From Paraspadella gotoi (Eukaryota > Animalia > Chaetognatha): DNA of 64,000 nt. A program made the translations under genes and the position numbers. This document shows, in pieces, positions 60,078-64,000 of this stretch; within the stretch, counting starts at the first letter, position 1; each line of letters starts with the position of its first letter. The notes beneath the pieces were generated by a model. That model did no database searches. It had not been told where the DNA came from and worked only from the letters and a program-made list of their open reading frames with translations. Location: NCBI GenBank assembly GCA_051294375.1, contig CM119264.1, positions 5,383,962 to 5,447,961 of the forward strand. Reading direction: 5' to 3'.

Positions 60078-63000
60078 ATCTCTAGACAGCTTAGCTTGCC
60101 TCTGCCACCTTCGATTCCACTATCCCAGCCTCGAGGTTTAACCTCGCCCTTCTTTAGAAATGAGCTCAGGTTTTTTTTTCCGTGTTAAAGTATTTTTTAC
60201 TCGCAAATTATTAATTTTACTACCGGTGAGCTGCAAGTTTATGCGTACGGTTCGGCCGGCTGGGGCGAACAATCCATTTATATTTAAACAATCAATACAT
60301 GAATTAAATACTCATCTCATCAGTTGCTAGTATTTTTAAATTAATCACTTTCTATTCATCTACGACAATATCAATTAAGACGACAAACTCCACAAAGTAA
60401 AAAAATAAACGTTCCTCTATCATTACATACAACAAACAAAAACAACAACACGAACCACAACACAATACCTTTGGCGCGACGAGTGCGTAAGTGGAGAACT
60501 TTGTCGGGACTCTGCGGTACGGAAGCGGCCGACTTGGATTCCGAGTCAGGGGATACTGTGCCGCCAGCAGAAATCTCGGCTCACTCTCACAAATCGCCGA
60601 CGATTTTCTCTTTCGCGCGACGGAAAATAGCTGGAAAGAGAAGAAAATTTTTACGTTTCATATTTGATGTTGAGTGCTTGAGTCAATTGTAATGTCTCAA
60701 GAAGAAAATGTTCTGTATCTATTCAATCAACTGAGAATGATGGCATAGATAACTAGAGGCCAGATCCTAAATAGTTAAATACCTGAAGTATTATCAGTTG
60801 TTTTTTTGTAGCGATATCTACGCTCTCTCTGACTACACAAATAGAGGTTGTTAGGTTGCAGATTTAGGACTCAAGTTATAATTTATCTCCTAGGAACATT
60901 CTAATCGTTGATGCAATTACTTAGTAGTTACTGAAATATAGTATTACTTAATACTTTAACTCATAGTCCATAAGATATGGTACTTTTTCATAAGTAGGGA
61001 GAATCAATTCAAATAAGATCGAGTGGCACCAAAAAAGGAGATCGGAAACGGGAAAACTCGCGGTAACCAGGTGATTTGTTTTTATTCAGCATTCTTTTCA
61101 ACTTGGGTCATCGTGCGCTCTGAGTTTGACGATTGACTTGTTACATTCCGGGACATCGGAGAAGAAGAGAAGGAAAAAAAAGATGTCTATGTCCCTAGAT
61201 TTCAGGTGAGCCATGCGAGGAAAGGCGAGAGTCCAGAGTAAGGGCGAGGAGTGGTAAGTCTTTCGTGGGCGATAGGTGGACGTGTTGTGATGGGCGGCAT
61301 TCATGGACTGAAAAAAATGAAGGACACACATCAGGAAAGTAGCGATAGACAGTCATACTTTGTTTTTTTTTTCATGTTGACAAGTTTGTTAAAAAAAAAT
61401 TTATTTACCACTGATTAAAGTTGAACCGTGGAAGTGTTTTGATTAAATGTTTCATTGTTTATCTTAGTGACTGAGCTGTATTGTATTATAATAATGAATC
61501 ATTTTTCTTTTGTGGATACCAATTTCATACAATTTATAATCCTTCTTTGCCGAAAATCCTTTTTTCTTGTCGAGTAGTATGGTCATGTCACGGGCCGATT
61601 AACATTGCCCATTAGTCATTTTCTGGGACAGATGCCTATATTTTCCTTGTCCCTTTTCATCAACTCGCTCATCCTTCGAAACTTCCCTCTTCCCTAACTA
61701 TTCACTTAGCGTTACCCACCCCCAACCATACTACCCACCCCCCACCCCACCCCTCACCTTCGTCGACGCATGCGGAATGGAAATTTTTGGCGGAAAAGAA
61801 TCGATGTGAACTATTAGGTGTGAGTCTGAAGCGGAAACACGAGAGTCCCGTCTGGAGTGAGAAATCGATTTCAGATCTTTTTTTTGTGGGAGGAAAAGAG
61901 CTTTTTTTCCTCTTAAAAAGTCGCTGGTAAGTGATTAATATATTTACTCTCTCTCTCTCTCTCTCTCTCTCCTCTTCTCATCTCTCTCTCATCTCTCTTC
62001 TCTATCTCTACTCTCTTCTCTCCTCTCTCTCTCTCGTCAATCGTCTCACCACGTCAATATCTTTTTCCCATTGCGAAGTCCGTTATCGATTATCACTTAA
62101 AGTCAAGTTTGTGAGGTTTTAATTTCATTACCGACGGTAGATTTGGAAACTGGTAAAAGCAAAAGATACAAATCATTCACGGTGTTTAAGTATTTCCTAT
62201 CGTATATGTACAATTTGCCAGGTAGTAGGTAAAAAAAGCAATCGATGAATCACTCGGATCAAAGACTGGAAATTACTAATACTATATCTATTTTTCCTCA
62301 ATGTACCAATTATACCCCACTAACTCCCCCCCACGTAACCCAAAACTCACGTTGGAATCGTTGAGCGTTATCACGCGTTCGTACGCTTCTTCCTGTCGCG
62401 GTTTCGTCGCCGATTCCTATTTCGTGTTTTGTTTTTTTGTTCACTATTGTTTTGTTTTTCTTGGGGGGAGTAGGATGTCTATTAGAGGTCAGATTCGCCG
62501 ACGTGGATTGCACCTTGGGTCAATTCCGGCCGAGTTGCGTGCGAATCACGGACGGTATTCGCCATGCAAAGCGTGGCGAATCGTTGGAATTATTTTTCGA
62601 GGCAGAGTAAGTTTGGTTTGTCGGTGAAGACAGTGGACAGCGTAATAGATCGGTTAAATGTTCCTGCGTAGAAAAAAGAAAAGAAAATCGATTAATCAGT
62701 GTTTTATAATTACGTTCCGTCGGTTCGTTGTTGTTGTGAGTCGTTATCGTTTTTTATGTGGTTGTGGTTTCCTCTTCATGTGTTTGATCAATCAGTTGTT
62801 TCGCTCAATGCGATTACTAGCAACTTGTCTAAGATTTGACAACGGATTTTTGTCTTCACCAAAAAAAAAAAAAATATGGCACGTGGAACTACAATTCACA
62901 AAGTTTGATAATAATTTTACGTCTCTCGCAATTTGAAACGCAACTCTTTCGACGACCGAGATATGTGAAACTACGTTTCAATGCAAGCCCAATCCCCAAT

Positions 63001-64000
63001 GCTTCACATGCTTCCTAATGCCTCTTCCTCTCTGTCCCCGTGTCACATTCAGCTTAATGGAGAATTTTCTTTTCGTCAAATCCCCTCGCATCAATCAATA
63101 CCTTCGACGCCCCTAAGCGAACTCGCCGACTGTTGCCGACTTTGGCGACTCTGCTGATCAATGTTGATGTTACTCATTCGATTGAACGTACATTTATCTG
63201 ATCGTCGCATATCTGTGTCATGAGGGAGATAAGGGAGAGTAGGAGAGAGAGAGAGAGAGAGAGGACGAAGAGAGAGAGATGAGAGAGAGAGGAGAGAGAG
63301 GAGATCTCTCTCCTTTTTTTTCTACTCATTTGCTTCCCCCGATCGTCGGTCTCGGTCGGTAGCGAAGCAGGCTGGCGCAGGGCCCGGGCCGGCCGGGCCG
63401 GGCAGGGCGNNNNNNNNNNNNNNNNNNNNNNNNNGCCCCCGCCGCGAAGCCCATTACTTTAAATGCTTGGTTATTTAGTGCATAACAAGTGAATGAAGAA
63501 ATGATGAAGTCTGAGTCACTCCGTTTATCGTTCCCGCGAGGAAAATCAAAATAATGTCGTTTCTCATTCGCCCCGAGGAGAAAGGAGGGGCGAGGGGAAA
63601 AGGGGAGGGAAAAAAAAGGAAATGAAAGGGAAAAAAAGTAAGGAAAGGGTGAATGGGTGGAGGAGGGGGAACGAGCCGATTGTCGGGACCCATCGTCGTG
63701 AAAAGAAGTGAAATTTCTCTGGGATGATTCGAAGGAATTATCTCGAAATTAGTTTTCGAACGAGATTCCGGGACGAGGTTTTTTTTTCTCCGGCGACTGA
63801 GAGTAGTTTAGTTGATTTTGAGATGTTTGGGTTTTGACTCAACTGTGTCGACTTTTGTTTAAGTCTTTGATTGAAGCGCTGAGTGGATGCTAGAGTGTTT
63901 GAAAGTAGCTGCATATCAGACACTTGGACGTCCGTACTGCCGAATTGCTGTGTTAATTGTACTATATCAGTCCACTCTGTATGATATATGGTGACTGCTG

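Noticed and set aside
60078-63240. Separate minus-strand pseudogene of the 99-aa ORF
   Set aside because: Part of the indel-rich inverted copy, which is likely an assembly or haplotype artefact.

Overview
Eukaryotic (metazoan, intron-rich) draft-assembly window with GC-rich exons, AT-rich microsatellite-filled introns and several N gaps. I reconstructed the genes by hand from splice sites and exon phases. They are: an arsenite methyltransferase (AS3MT)-like gene (5'-truncated, frameshifted upstream of a gap), a divergent class A GPCR, a macroglobulin-complement-related (Mcr/TEP-like, thioester-less) gene carrying two antisense intronic tRNA genes, sphingosine-1-phosphate lyase, a ~725-aa ankyrin-repeat protein ending in a CaaX box, a 144-aa single-pass membrane protein ending only 136 nt upstream of the ankyrin ATG, a secreted CAP/SCP protein, and a possible 99-aa orphan gene. 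Mobile DNA includes a TIR element with a nested non-autonomous LTR element, a TTAA-TSD MITE and tRNA-containing short repeats. The last ~16 kb is a large imperfect fold-back duplication, probably an assembly or haplotype artefact. The most unusual observations are a tandem array of CaaX-plus-stop cassettes behind the ankyrin stop codon, an operon-like or bicistronic membrane-protein/ankyrin pair, and two Mcr introns sharing homologous sequence that supplies one 3' splice site. No database searches were run; all homologies are from recalled motifs.
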